Position numbers and translations under genes: made by a program. Of a stretch of 64,000 nt of DNA, positions 17,337-25,789 are shown piece by piece. The notes beneath the pieces are model-generated. The model saw nothing but the letters and a program-made list of their open reading frames with translations, did not search any database and was not told the DNA's origin. Source of the DNA: an uncultured Rhabdochlamydiaceae bacterium (lineage in GTDB: Bacteria; Chlamydiota; Chlamydiia; Chlamydiales; Rhabdochlamydiaceae); contig CAVQHD010000001.1 of NCBI GenBank assembly GCA_963712275.1, positions 416,001 to 480,000 of the forward strand, in the 5' to 3' direction. Every line of letters starts with the position of its first letter. The first letter of the stretch is position 1.

Positions 17337-20271
17337 TATTTTATCAAGCGGCACTCGTCTTGAGTCCCGTCTATTTTTAGAAGCATCTGCAGGCACTGGA
17401 AAAACGTTTACAATCGAACATTTGGTTGTTCGGCTGCTCATCGAAACCTCGATTTCTCTTGACCGGCTCATCGTCGTCACATTTACTCGAGCGGCGACGC
17501 GAGAATTGAAAGAGAGGATCCGGCATAACTTAGAGCAGATCGCCGAGGGGAAAGGAAGCTACTCTTACTTGCAAGGGATCTCTGATCTTCAATATGCAAA
17601 AATTCGGGAAGCGCTGACAAGCTTTGAATCAGCTCAGATCTTAACCATCCATGGATTTTGCTCCCATCTTCTCAAAGAGTTTGCCTTAGAAGCAGGCGCC
17701 GGCCTTAAACTCTCAGAATGGAGTGAAGAGGAGCAGCAGTGGGAAGTAAAAGAATTCCTTCGCAGCCAAACCGCCATCTCCTCAGGACAAATGCGCCGCC
17801 TCCTCGGATCATTTCAGAACAATATCGATCGGTTTATCGAAGCGATTCTTCGTGCGCCGGATAGGACGCCTCCTCCCTCTGAAAATCTGCTCCAGGAAGT
17901 AAACTCTCTTCTTAAAAACATCACCCCTTTTGCAGTCGCCGAAGAATTTGAAGAGGCCCGCTCCTCTTATAAGGGGATGGCATCAGAGGAGTTTGAAGGG
18001 CAAGCTAAAGAACTTGAAGGGGCTCTGACGCAAAGAGAGCTCTCCGCTAAAGTGTGGAATCGATGGATCACCGCCCCCTTTTTCTTGAAAAACCTCTGCC
18101 CTTCGCAGCTGAAAGTGCGGGCTAAAACCAGTGCCTCGCGGCGGCTCTCTGACTTAAGAGAAATCATTCTCCCTCGACTAGAAAGGGCCCAAAATCGGGA
18201 TCAGATCTTCTTAAAACTGACAGGAGCATGGCATCTTCACCGCAAAAAAATCTCCCAGCAGAGTGAAAAGGTCTCTCCTGATGACCTTCTTCAATTGATT
18301 CATTCTAAGCTCTCTGATCCTTGGTTTGTTCAAGCCGTTCGAAAAAAATACGAGGCGGTGATCGTCGACGAATTTCAAGATACCGATCCTCTTCAGTGGG
18401 AGATCTTCAAGACGATTTTTCTCGAAGACAGAGCTAAATCAGTCTATTTAGTTGGGGACCCCAAGCAGTCGATCTACGCGTTTCGGTCGGCCGATATTTA
18501 CACCTATCTAGACGCTGCGCGCCGCTTTGGCGTTGGCCAGAAGGAAGCCCTTTTACATAATTTCCGCTCCTCTTCCCAGCTCCTCTCTCAAATGAATCGG
18601 CTTCTGTGCTGCGCCCCCTGGATGGACCTCCCTAAGCAAGGAACTTATCTGGAAATCCCCCAGGCAATTTCTGTAAATGAGGGGGCAGGAGAGCTCTGTT
18701 TCATGGTGGCCGAAGGTGAAAAAGGGCGGCAAGGGGCTCGACAAGGGGCTCGACAGGGCCGGTGGCCAACCCCTGACATCGAAGAGACTCTTTTCTTCCC
18801 CTTTATTGTGGAGGAAATTCAGACCCATCAACTCTCTCCTAGTCAAACAGCCATTCTTGTCAAAGACCGGTACCAAGCAGAGCGTGTAAAGAAATTTCTT
18901 GATTTTTGGAGAGTTCCTGCCTCCCTCTATCGAGCCTCCCCCCTTCGAGATTCTCCCGTCCTTGAGTTTCTAGAGGAAGTTGCTGATGCCTGTATCGAAG
19001 ACTTTAACTTGGCTTCCATTAAGAAAGTCCTATTAGGCCCCTTTATTGCAACTCCTCTTAGTGAACTCACCTCCGAGCGCGTCTTTCAAGCAAAACAATT
19101 CTTTAAAACACTTAAACAAACATGGTTTGACCAAGGGTTTACAACTTTTTTCGCCCAGTTTTTAGAGGGAAAGGAATTGGATCCATCTCTCTACGAAGAC
19201 CTTCTTGAAATCATTCAGAAAGTTGGACCCTCCTCCCATCACCCTTATCAACTCAAACAACGCCTTGCAGAGATCAAGCAGTATGAAACAGAGAGCCGCA
19301 TCTCCACCCACCCGGAAGGCGTTCAAATCATGACGATCCATGCAAGTAAAGGGCTTGAGTTTGAAACAGTCTTCGCCTTAGGGCTTGCCTCTCGCACCCC
19401 TGCCTCAGATTTACCTGAAGAGATACTCAAAGAACTCGACGCCGAAAAAATGCGGCAGTTCTATGTCGCTCTGACGCGGGCGAAAAAGCGGCTTTACATC
19501 CCCATTGCCCGCGAGCTTCCCACACCCAGTTACGCTTTGGGAGAAGCCTCCCCCATTGAGCTTTTCTTAGCAAAAGCAGCGCCCGACCTTTCGTCCTTTT
19601 CTCAACAATTTTTAAATGGAAGAACATTCCAACTTCATCAAGAAGAGCTCCATCTAAAAACTGAAGCCCCACTGATGACAAAGCCAGCAGCGCCGCCCCG
19701 CTTCATCCAATCTTTCTCCTCTTTAGCGCAAGAGACCTCTCTCCCAGCCAAAGGAGAAACGCAAGGGATCCAAGCCGGCGCCCAAACAGGCGTGATCATC
19801 CACCGCATTCTAGAAAGGTATTTTAACCGCGAGGCGGACCTCCAGCAGCTCATTTCACAAGAGATTGGGCGGACCCCTTTGGCTCTCCAAGGCGCTACCC
19901 TCTACCAGATGATCACTCAAGCGTTGGAGCTCTCTCTTGGAACATTTTGCCTTAAAGGAATCTCCTTAGACAAGGTTCAAACTGAAATGGAATTTCTCTA
20001 CTCGACGAAGGATGGTTGGATGAAAGGGTACATCGATCTTTGCTTTCAACATGAGGGGCGCCTCTATGCTGTCGACTGGAAAACCAATCTGCTCGAAAAT
20101 ACCGATGATCCAACTATTCTTCGGCTCATGCAATCGCACGACTATCTCCTGCAAGGGCAGATCTATACGCAAGCGATTCAAAAATATCTTTTACGCTATT
20201 CAAAAATAACCTTTGGAGGAGTCTTCTTTATCTTCCTCCGCGGCCCTGCCGTTTATACCGTATCTAGCTGA
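17323..20271 (+). CDS. recB: Exodeoxyribonuclease V beta chain
   Basis: LEASAGTGKT, DEFQDTD, VGDPKQSIYAFR, TIHASKGLE, nuclease GYIDL..VDWKTN; GTG 17323 after AGGAGG. Confidence 0.95.
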   Translation: MSSFDILSSGTRLESRLFLEASAGTGKTFTIEHLVVRLLIETSISLDRLIVVTFTRAATRELKERIRHNLEQIAEGKGSYSYLQGISDLQYAKIREALTSFESAQILTIHGFCSHLLKEFALEAGAGLKLSEWSEEEQQWEVKEFLRSQTAISSGQMRRLLGSFQNNIDRFIEAILRAPDRTPPPSENLLQEVNSLLKNITPFAVAEEFEEARSSYKGMASEEFEGQAKELEGALTQRELSAKVWNRWITAPFFLKNLCPSQLKVRAKTSASRRLSDLREIILPRLERAQNRDQIFLKLTGAWHLHRKKISQQSEKVSPDDLLQLIHSKLSDPWFVQAVRKKYEAVIVDEFQDTDPLQWEIFKTIFLEDRAKSVYLVGDPKQSIYAFRSADIYTYLDAARRFGVGQKEALLHNFRSSSQLLSQMNRLLCCAPWMDLPKQGTYLEIPQAISVNEGAGELCFMVAEGEKGRQGARQGARQGRWPTPDIEETLFFPFIVEEIQTHQLSPSQTAILVKDRYQAERVKKFLDFWRVPASLYRASPLRDSPVLEFLEEVADACIEDFNLASIKKVLLGPFIATPLSELTSERVFQAKQFFKTLKQTWFDQGFTTFFAQFLEGKELDPSLYEDLLEIIQKVGPSSHHPYQLKQRLAEIKQYETESRISTHPEGVQIMTIHASKGLEFETVFALGLASRTPASDLPEEILKELDAEKMRQFYVALTRAKKRLYIPIARELPTPSYALGEASPIELFLAKAAPDLSSFSQQFLNGRTFQLHQEELHLKTEAPLMTKPAAPPRFIQSFSSLAQETSLPAKGETQGIQAGAQTGVIIHRILERYFNREADLQQLISQEIGRTPLALQGATLYQMITQALELSLGTFCLKGISLDKVQTEMEFLYSTKDGWMKGYIDLCFQHEGRLYAVDWKTNLLENTDDPTILRLMQSHDYLLQGQIYTQAIQKYLLRYSKITFGGVFFIFLRGPAVYTVSS
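18727..18759 (+). repeat. 12-bp tandem repeat inside recB (RQGA x ~3)
   Basis: CGGCAAGGGGCT CGACAAGGGGCT CGACAGGGC. Confidence 0.85.
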
Positions 20272-20397
20272 ATTTCACATACTTATAAAATATTTCTATT
20301 CTGAGTCTACAATTTCAAAAAAAGAATTGAATTAAATTCAAAATTAAACTATAATCGTAATTAACAGTAAAAGTTAATTATATTATATGAGGATTTT

Positions 20398-21369
20398 ATG
20401 AGTATTGAAGTAGGTTCTTTTCAAGAGCAGATAGAATATCCAATATTACAGGATACATTCGCAAAAACTAATGAAACAGCTGAAGATTTTGATACAAAAC
20501 CTGATAGAATTTTCCGTGCCAAAATAGCAGCTAGTGAAGCCAAATTTGATAAAGCTTTACAAGGTGTACCTAAAGAGCAGTGGCACTTGTTATTTATCGA
20601 TTGCGAGAAATGGAAGCAAATAGATGTACTAGAGGTGGATACACAACTTTTCGATAACACAGGGCAGCCCGGCTATTATAGGGCCATGATAAAGACATGG
20701 GAGTTTATTAGACATAATCTGAACACAAAAATGGATGCACAACAGTTTTGTAATCTTCACGATATGTGCGTAAATAAAGTTTATACTGATATTCACAAAA
20801 CAGATTTTTTACAAAAAGGATATGCTCCTGAGTGGGCCTACGATTTTAAGCGTAATGAAATGAGTGTGGGGGCTTGTCAAGAGTGTGTAAATGAAAAAAT
20901 ACTTGATCTCAACTTTGAAAAAAGAGACCAGCCACTTCCAGGATATTTGGCTTTTTTTAGTGTTAAAGACGAAGACACTACAATTGGCAAGGTTTGCAGC
21001 AGTTTCTTACACCCTGACGAGTTGCCAGCAGTTCATGGCACAATTAATGGATTATTCGAAAAATATTATACAAGTATTGAGCTTGCACAATCCAATGAGC
21101 AAAAACTAGAAGCTATTGCCAAATTGTGTCGCGCGCTTCAAATATTTCATGTGTTTCCAGATGGAAATGGAAGAACGATTTTATTCGCTTTACTCCCTAA
21201 ACTGCTGATAGAAAATGGGTTTTCTCCAGCTATTCTAGAGGATGTAAACATTTTCAATGGCTACCATGAAACGTCTAACTTGGTCACAATGATTCAAGAG
21301 GGGATACAACGTTATGAGAGGCTTGTCGCCTATTTCAATTGGCTCAAAATAACCCAAAAATCGACTTAA
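20398..21369 (+). CDS. FIC-domain protein, AnkX-like (candidate effector)
   Basis: HVFPDGNGRTILF motif without the second Arg; flanks resemble Legionella AnkX as recalled; AT-rich. Confidence 0.8.
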   Translation: MSIEVGSFQEQIEYPILQDTFAKTNETAEDFDTKPDRIFRAKIAASEAKFDKALQGVPKEQWHLLFIDCEKWKQIDVLEVDTQLFDNTGQPGYYRAMIKTWEFIRHNLNTKMDAQQFCNLHDMCVNKVYTDIHKTDFLQKGYAPEWAYDFKRNEMSVGACQECVNEKILDLNFEKRDQPLPGYLAFFSVKDEDTTIGKVCSSFLHPDELPAVHGTINGLFEKYYTSIELAQSNEQKLEAIAKLCRALQIFHVFPDGNGRTILFALLPKLLIENGFSPAILEDVNIFNGYHETSNLVTMIQEGIQRYERLVAYFNWLKITQKST

Positions 21370-21404
21370 ACTGAATCCGTAGGCAGTCTCTAAGGCTGGA
21401 CAAA

Positions 21405-21526
21405 TGCAAGGTCAGATCTATACGCAAGCGATTCAAAAATATCTTTTATGTTATTCAAAAATAATCTTTGGCGAAGTCTTCTTTATCTTCCTCCGCGGCC
21501 CTGCCGTCTATACTGTATCTGATTGA
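21405..21526 (+). pseudogene. Second copy of the recB 3' end
   Basis: 122 bp with 11 mismatches to 20150-20271; stop codon at the same position. Confidence 0.95.
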
Positions 21527-21605
21527 TATTGAATGATCTTTATCTTGAGCTGGAATGATGAGGGGTAATTTGCTATAATCTTTACACATTACAGCAAGGC
21601 AACCT

Positions 21606-22610
21606 ATGAATAGAATAAATCCTTTTAATTGGGTAGATCCCTCAAAACACCGCTACATTTACTATGTTCTTGTAGGTGTGGCAGGAACTATAGCCGCTGT
21701 TGCGCTTGCGGCTCTTAAGAAGGGCAGCCGTTATCAGGTAGCAGCTGGCTTTGGACTCAGTGTGATGACTTGTGCTTACGGCGTCTATCAGCTAACACGC
21801 CAGGGAAAAAAACCTGGTTCATCAGGAAATTCAACCCCAAAACCTCAATTAACAACTCCGCAAAGCACTGGTACTCCTTTAGACCCTCCTCAATCATTAG
21901 CAGTAATATTTACTAAGCTCAAAGAAGAGATCGTAAAGACCAAACCCTTCGATGAGATTGCAGCTACTCAACAAAAGGGGACACTGCCACCCCCAATGCA
22001 AACCTCTCAAATCACTCATGCGCATGAAATATTCCCCCATGTCTTTTTAGGTGATTATGTGGCTTATTTATCGATTGACCCACGATTTGTTAAAGGTTTT
22101 CCTAACGCGATGCAAAATCCCATAAGTTGCACATTCGACGATCCCATTTCTCAACAACAACAACAATATTATGACTCCCTTGATCATGCTGGATACTCAG
22201 ATAAAAATTTTAAAACTGTCATTAGTGTAACTCGTTTTGATCCTAAAAAAAGCAAAGAACCTTACCATAATTTTCAACCCAATCTAGGTAGTATCGAGAG
22301 AATACAAATACTCGTGAATGATGGGGAATGGTCATGGGAGCGCATCGAAGAAGATCTTGATCGCATTTTCGATAAGATTGATGCTGCTTTATTAAATCAA
22401 ACAAACATCCTCATTCACTGTACGCAAGGGCAAACGAGAAGCGCTTGTGTGCTTTGCGCTTACCTAATCAATCGGTGCGGGGTGCCATTAGAGGACGCTT
22501 TTAATTTCCTCAAATCTAAACGGCATCAAGTGAGTTTCGAGCAGAATCCCGATATCGAAGCCGGCTTAAAAAAATATGCATTTTCACAGCAGAAAAAACG
22601 GCGTCAGTAA
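21606..22610 (+). CDS. Dual-specificity phosphatase with N-terminal hydrophobic hairpin
   Basis: HEIFPHVFLG, HCTQGQTRS (HCx5R) and AYLI motifs; two N-terminal hydrophobic segments. Confidence 0.85.
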   Translation: MNRINPFNWVDPSKHRYIYYVLVGVAGTIAAVALAALKKGSRYQVAAGFGLSVMTCAYGVYQLTRQGKKPGSSGNSTPKPQLTTPQSTGTPLDPPQSLAVIFTKLKEEIVKTKPFDEIAATQQKGTLPPPMQTSQITHAHEIFPHVFLGDYVAYLSIDPRFVKGFPNAMQNPISCTFDDPISQQQQQYYDSLDHAGYSDKNFKTVISVTRFDPKKSKEPYHNFQPNLGSIERIQILVNDGEWSWERIEEDLDRIFDKIDAALLNQTNILIHCTQGQTRSACVLCAYLINRCGVPLEDAFNFLKSKRHQVSFEQNPDIEAGLKKYAFSQQKKRRQ

Positions 22611-22627
22611 GCGGACTCCAATCGCAA

Positions 22628-22796
22628 TTATACTCCGATCTATTGAAAAATTGACATTTGGGCTGCGTCAAAGCCCCGGGGTTCGATCATCGCAAGTGGG
22701 TCCGTATTGGATTAATACTGACCCACTTGCGATGATCGAACCGCGGGAGCTTTCACGTCAGCCCAAATGTCAATTTTTCAATAGATCGGAGTATAA
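22628..22796. mobile_element. 169-bp palindromic element, subfamily A (RPE/MITE-like)
   Basis: TTATACTCCGATCTATTGAAAAATTGACATTTGGGCTG ... CAGCCCAAATGTCAATTTTTCAATAGATCGGAGTATAA, near-perfect hairpin. Confidence 0.9.
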
Positions 22797-22824
22797 GTAG
22801 AAAGTCTCCCCTTTCATGCTTTAT

Positions 22825-23001
22825 CCGTTGATGGAAGAAAACCAAGTGCTTTAGCGCTTGGATGAATTCCGCCATTTTGTTAGACTGATTGTGTCTTAAC
22901 GGACTAGCCGCTGGAATGGCGGGTAAAAGCCTGTTGGAGCTGCCCTTAAGTTGGGAGCTATGAATCAGGAATCTCGTGCCCTTTAGGGCCGAGAGGTTCA
23001 A
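22825..23001 (+). mobile_element. Non-autonomous IS200/IS605 derivative (PATE-like) with putative TnpB omega-RNA scaffold
   Basis: TTTAT target, left hairpin CCAAGTGC-TTTA-GCGCTTGG, GAAT + right hairpin CTCGTGCCC-TTTA-GGGCCGAG, terminal TCAA. Confidence 0.75.
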
Positions 23002-23012
23002 CATCTGGGTTC

Positions 23013-24422
23013 ATGCTCAATCAACTTTTAGACGAGGGGTTCCTACAGCCGCTCGACCTTTACTTCGCCGACATGCACAAACCCTGCAGCCTGCCTGAGC
23101 GGGCTTTTCTTGCGGCGGTGATGCAGGCAGCTCGACAGGGGCATCTTTGTTTGGATTTAAGCTCTTTAGAGGCGCCTGTAGGCTCTTTTGGGCTGGCGTG
23201 GAAAGAGGCGGTGTTAGCAGGAGCTTCTATCGCATCTCCTTATCTTGTGATCGAAAATCACTGTGTCTACCTGAAAAAAAATTACCACTATGAAACAGAG
23301 GTTTTAAATCACCTGAAGAAGCTTTTAGGCCCTTCTCTACTTCCTCGAGTGAAAGCAAATCTAACCCCTGAGCAGCAGACGGCATTTGACCTAGTGCGAT
23401 CTGAAAATCTCTCTATCATTGAAGGAGGTCCCGGAACAGGAAAAACATACCTAATCTCAGAGCTTGTCAAAAGTTTTGGCCCTGAAAGCCAGATCATTTT
23501 AACAGCCCCCACAGGAAAAGCAGCAGCGCGCCTTAAGGAAAAAAATGAACATGCGATCTGTGGAACATTGCATTCCATTCTTGGGATTAAATCAGATCGC
23601 AATTGGGGAAATCATCAGGCTTTTCTTCAGGCTGATTTGATTGTCGTTGATGAAGCGTCGATGATCGACGCAAAAATGATGATGGTGCTTCTAAAGACTT
23701 TGCAAGCGGGCCAAAGAATCGTCTTTCTAGGAGATGGCCATCAACTTCCTCCCGTAGAGTCGGGAAGCCTTTTTAATGACTTGATCGATCTCATTCCAAC
23801 GGCCCACCTCCGTACCTGTCACCGCTCGGATCGAAGGGAAATTCTTGAGCTTGCCCAGTCCATCTTGGAGGGAAGGCCTCCTGTCCCCACAGCCCCCTTG
23901 TCGAAGGAAAAGATCATCGAGTTTGCACGCAGGCAGGAAGGAAGCCGTGCGATCTTAACACCCTTAAGAGAAGGTCCTTGGGGAGTGAAAGAATTAAATC
24001 AAATAATTGATGCAGCTTTAAAGGTCCGCGGCGAAAGAACAATTCCTATAATCATTACCCGAAACGATCCTGAAACAGGGCTTTCCAATGGCGATACAGG
24101 GATCCTGATCACCTCTTCAGAGAGGCCCCTTTACGCCCTCATAGATTCTAGAAGATTTTCACCTGCTGAGCTGCCTCCCTATGAGATGGCTTACGCCTTA
24201 TCGATCCATAAGAGCCAAGGGAGCGAATTTGATCATGTCCTCGTGCTCGCTCCCGAGGGAACTGAAACATTCGGCTGTGAGGTGCTTTATACAGCTGCGA
24301 CAAGAGCCCGCGAGAGCATCACTTTATATGGGGAGCAAGAGGTCGTTGCACAAACAGTGCTCCGTTCCTCTTGCAAACGGTCCGGATTGAAAAAACGGTT
24401 CCTAACTACCCTGTCTATTTGA
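23013..24422 (+). CDS. recD: Exodeoxyribonuclease V alpha chain
   Basis: GHLCLDL, GGPGTGKT, APTGKAAARL, VDEASMID, SIHKSQGSEF, LYTAATRA. Confidence 0.93.
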   Translation: MLNQLLDEGFLQPLDLYFADMHKPCSLPERAFLAAVMQAARQGHLCLDLSSLEAPVGSFGLAWKEAVLAGASIASPYLVIENHCVYLKKNYHYETEVLNHLKKLLGPSLLPRVKANLTPEQQTAFDLVRSENLSIIEGGPGTGKTYLISELVKSFGPESQIILTAPTGKAAARLKEKNEHAICGTLHSILGIKSDRNWGNHQAFLQADLIVVDEASMIDAKMMMVLLKTLQAGQRIVFLGDGHQLPPVESGSLFNDLIDLIPTAHLRTCHRSDRREILELAQSILEGRPPVPTAPLSKEKIIEFARRQEGSRAILTPLREGPWGVKELNQIIDAALKVRGERTIPIIITRNDPETGLSNGDTGILITSSERPLYALIDSRRFSPAELPPYEMAYALSIHKSQGSEFDHVLVLAPEGTETFGCEVLYTAATRARESITLYGEQEVVAQTVLRSSCKRSGLKKRFLTTLSI

Positions 24423-24695
24423 AAGACGAGACTTGGTGCGAGCTGCTTTGTTGATTTTAAAGCATCCCGTTTTAACACCTTTGTCCATCAGACTGTAGAC
24501 TTGATTGAGCTCTGTTTGCATCTTGGCTTTATCTCCTGCAGTAACAGAGGCTTCGTACGACCGAATCGCCGTCCTAACAGTTGCTTTAAAGCTCCTATTT
24601 GCAAGGCGCCGTTTTGCATTTTGATTATCCCGTTTTTTCGCGGAAGAAATACGTCCGCTTTTTTTCTTTTCCGCTTCTTTCTTTTCTTCTGCCAT
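24402..24695 (-). CDS. rpsT: 30S ribosomal protein S20
   Basis: SAKKRDNQNAKRRLANRSFK ... NKAARTKSRL. Confidence 0.96.
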   Translation of the reverse strand: MAEEKKEAEKKKSGRISSAKKRDNQNAKRRLANRSFKATVRTAIRSYEASVTAGDKAKMQTELNQVYSLMDKGVKTGCFKINKAARTKSRLSNRQGS

Positions 24696-24696
24696 A

Positions 24697-25188
24697 ATGG
24701 TCCTTGTAAGTAATGGGCTGATTATGGGTCAAAAATGGTTTAATTTCAACTTTTCTTATTCGCTGGTGGTGATTGGAGCTGCCGTCTTTTTGATTCTGGG
24801 ATCCCAGGCAGCGGCTGCTCTGTGGAATTATGGGCGGCTTAACTCTCAGGCAAAAGCATCTATTAACACCTGGGAAGTCGTTCAAAAATCTTCTTCCTCT
24901 TTTGCATTAAAAGTCGTCTACCAGTTTGAATTTAAAGAAAATATTCACCAAGGAGAAATGGTGCTAGCCCCTCCCTACCACTTCAACCGCCCTTCTGCTG
25001 AAAAAGCCGCAAGCAACTTAGAAAAAAAAGAGTGGGCGGTTTGGGTCAATAGCCACAACCCGGAGGTCTCTTCTCTGGAAAGGGAATTTCCGCTAAAAAA
25101 AACAATTTATGCGTTCATTGCTCTTGGAATCACGCTCTATTTTGGGTTTTTACAGCAGAGCTCCAAAATTCGAATCCAGGCAAACTGA
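24697..25188 (+). CDS. Membrane protein (two TM segments, DUF3592-like layout)
   Basis: TM - soluble beta region - TM; lies between rpsT and rpoD; start could be ATG 24724. Confidence 0.65.
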   Translation: MVLVSNGLIMGQKWFNFNFSYSLVVIGAAVFLILGSQAAAALWNYGRLNSQAKASINTWEVVQKSSSSFALKVVYQFEFKENIHQGEMVLAPPYHFNRPSAEKAASNLEKKEWAVWVNSHNPEVSSLEREFPLKKTIYAFIALGITLYFGFLQQSSKIRIQAN

Positions 25189-25763
25189 AGCCAAAAACGG
25201 AGCCCCTGGGGTGAGCGGTAAGAGCGAAGAACCTGATCAAGAGCCTCTAGGCCGTGGGTGGCGCACCAGCTATGAAGATCTCCTGCAAAGTGGAGTTGCC
25301 ACGATCGGTCTGAGACCTTTAAAAAAGGGTGCCTGGGGGCGTTAATCTGAATGGGCAGGGGGTCGCTCCGATATTTGCGTACTTGACCCTCTAAAACCTC
25401 AATTTGATCATAGATGGACCGCCCGTTGGTAAAGTAAGTTGGATAAGAGGTTCTTAAAAATTTTTCTGCAGGCGAGACCCGCCGCTGATTAAACTCCCCT
25501 TCATGTAAAATCCACACAACCTGATACCCGCTATAATCTTGGCATCGACGAGTCGCAAGCTCAAGGCTTATTGGGGAGAGTTGTACTTCAAAAACAATTT
25601 TTTCTTTTTCCCAAAAGGCATCTGCTCTTCGAGCGCCAAGTCTTTTTTCGAGCTCAAGTTCGGGAATTTGTTTTTTCAGATGGCATTGGATCTCTTCATG
25701 TGCTATGCTTTTTCCCAAATGACGCCGCTGAATACTTTTCAAAACCATTGACAACAAGACCAC
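25137..25763 (-). CDS. CoiA-like PD-(D/E)XK nuclease family protein
   Basis: SIAH, LEKRL..RRADAF..IVFEVQLSPIS..RCQDY..VVWIL; start uncertain. Confidence 0.75.
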   Translation of the reverse strand: MVLLSMVLKSIQRRHLGKSIAHEEIQCHLKKQIPELELEKRLGARRADAFWEKEKIVFEVQLSPISLELATRRCQDYSGYQVVWILHEGEFNQRRVSPAEKFLRTSYPTYFTNGRSIYDQIEVLEGQVRKYRSDPLPIQINAPRHPFLKVSDRSWQLHFAGDLHSWCATHGLEALDQVLRSYRSPQGLRFWLQFAWIRILELCCKNPK

Positions 25764-25789
25764 ATTAGACAGAGAATCTTAATTATCAC

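Noticed and set aside
22576..22800. 74-aa ORF, and the 83-aa minus ORF 22753-23004
   Set aside because: Both are read-throughs of the palindrome and PATE; the shared peptide ILRSIEKLTFGL simply reflects the inverted repeat
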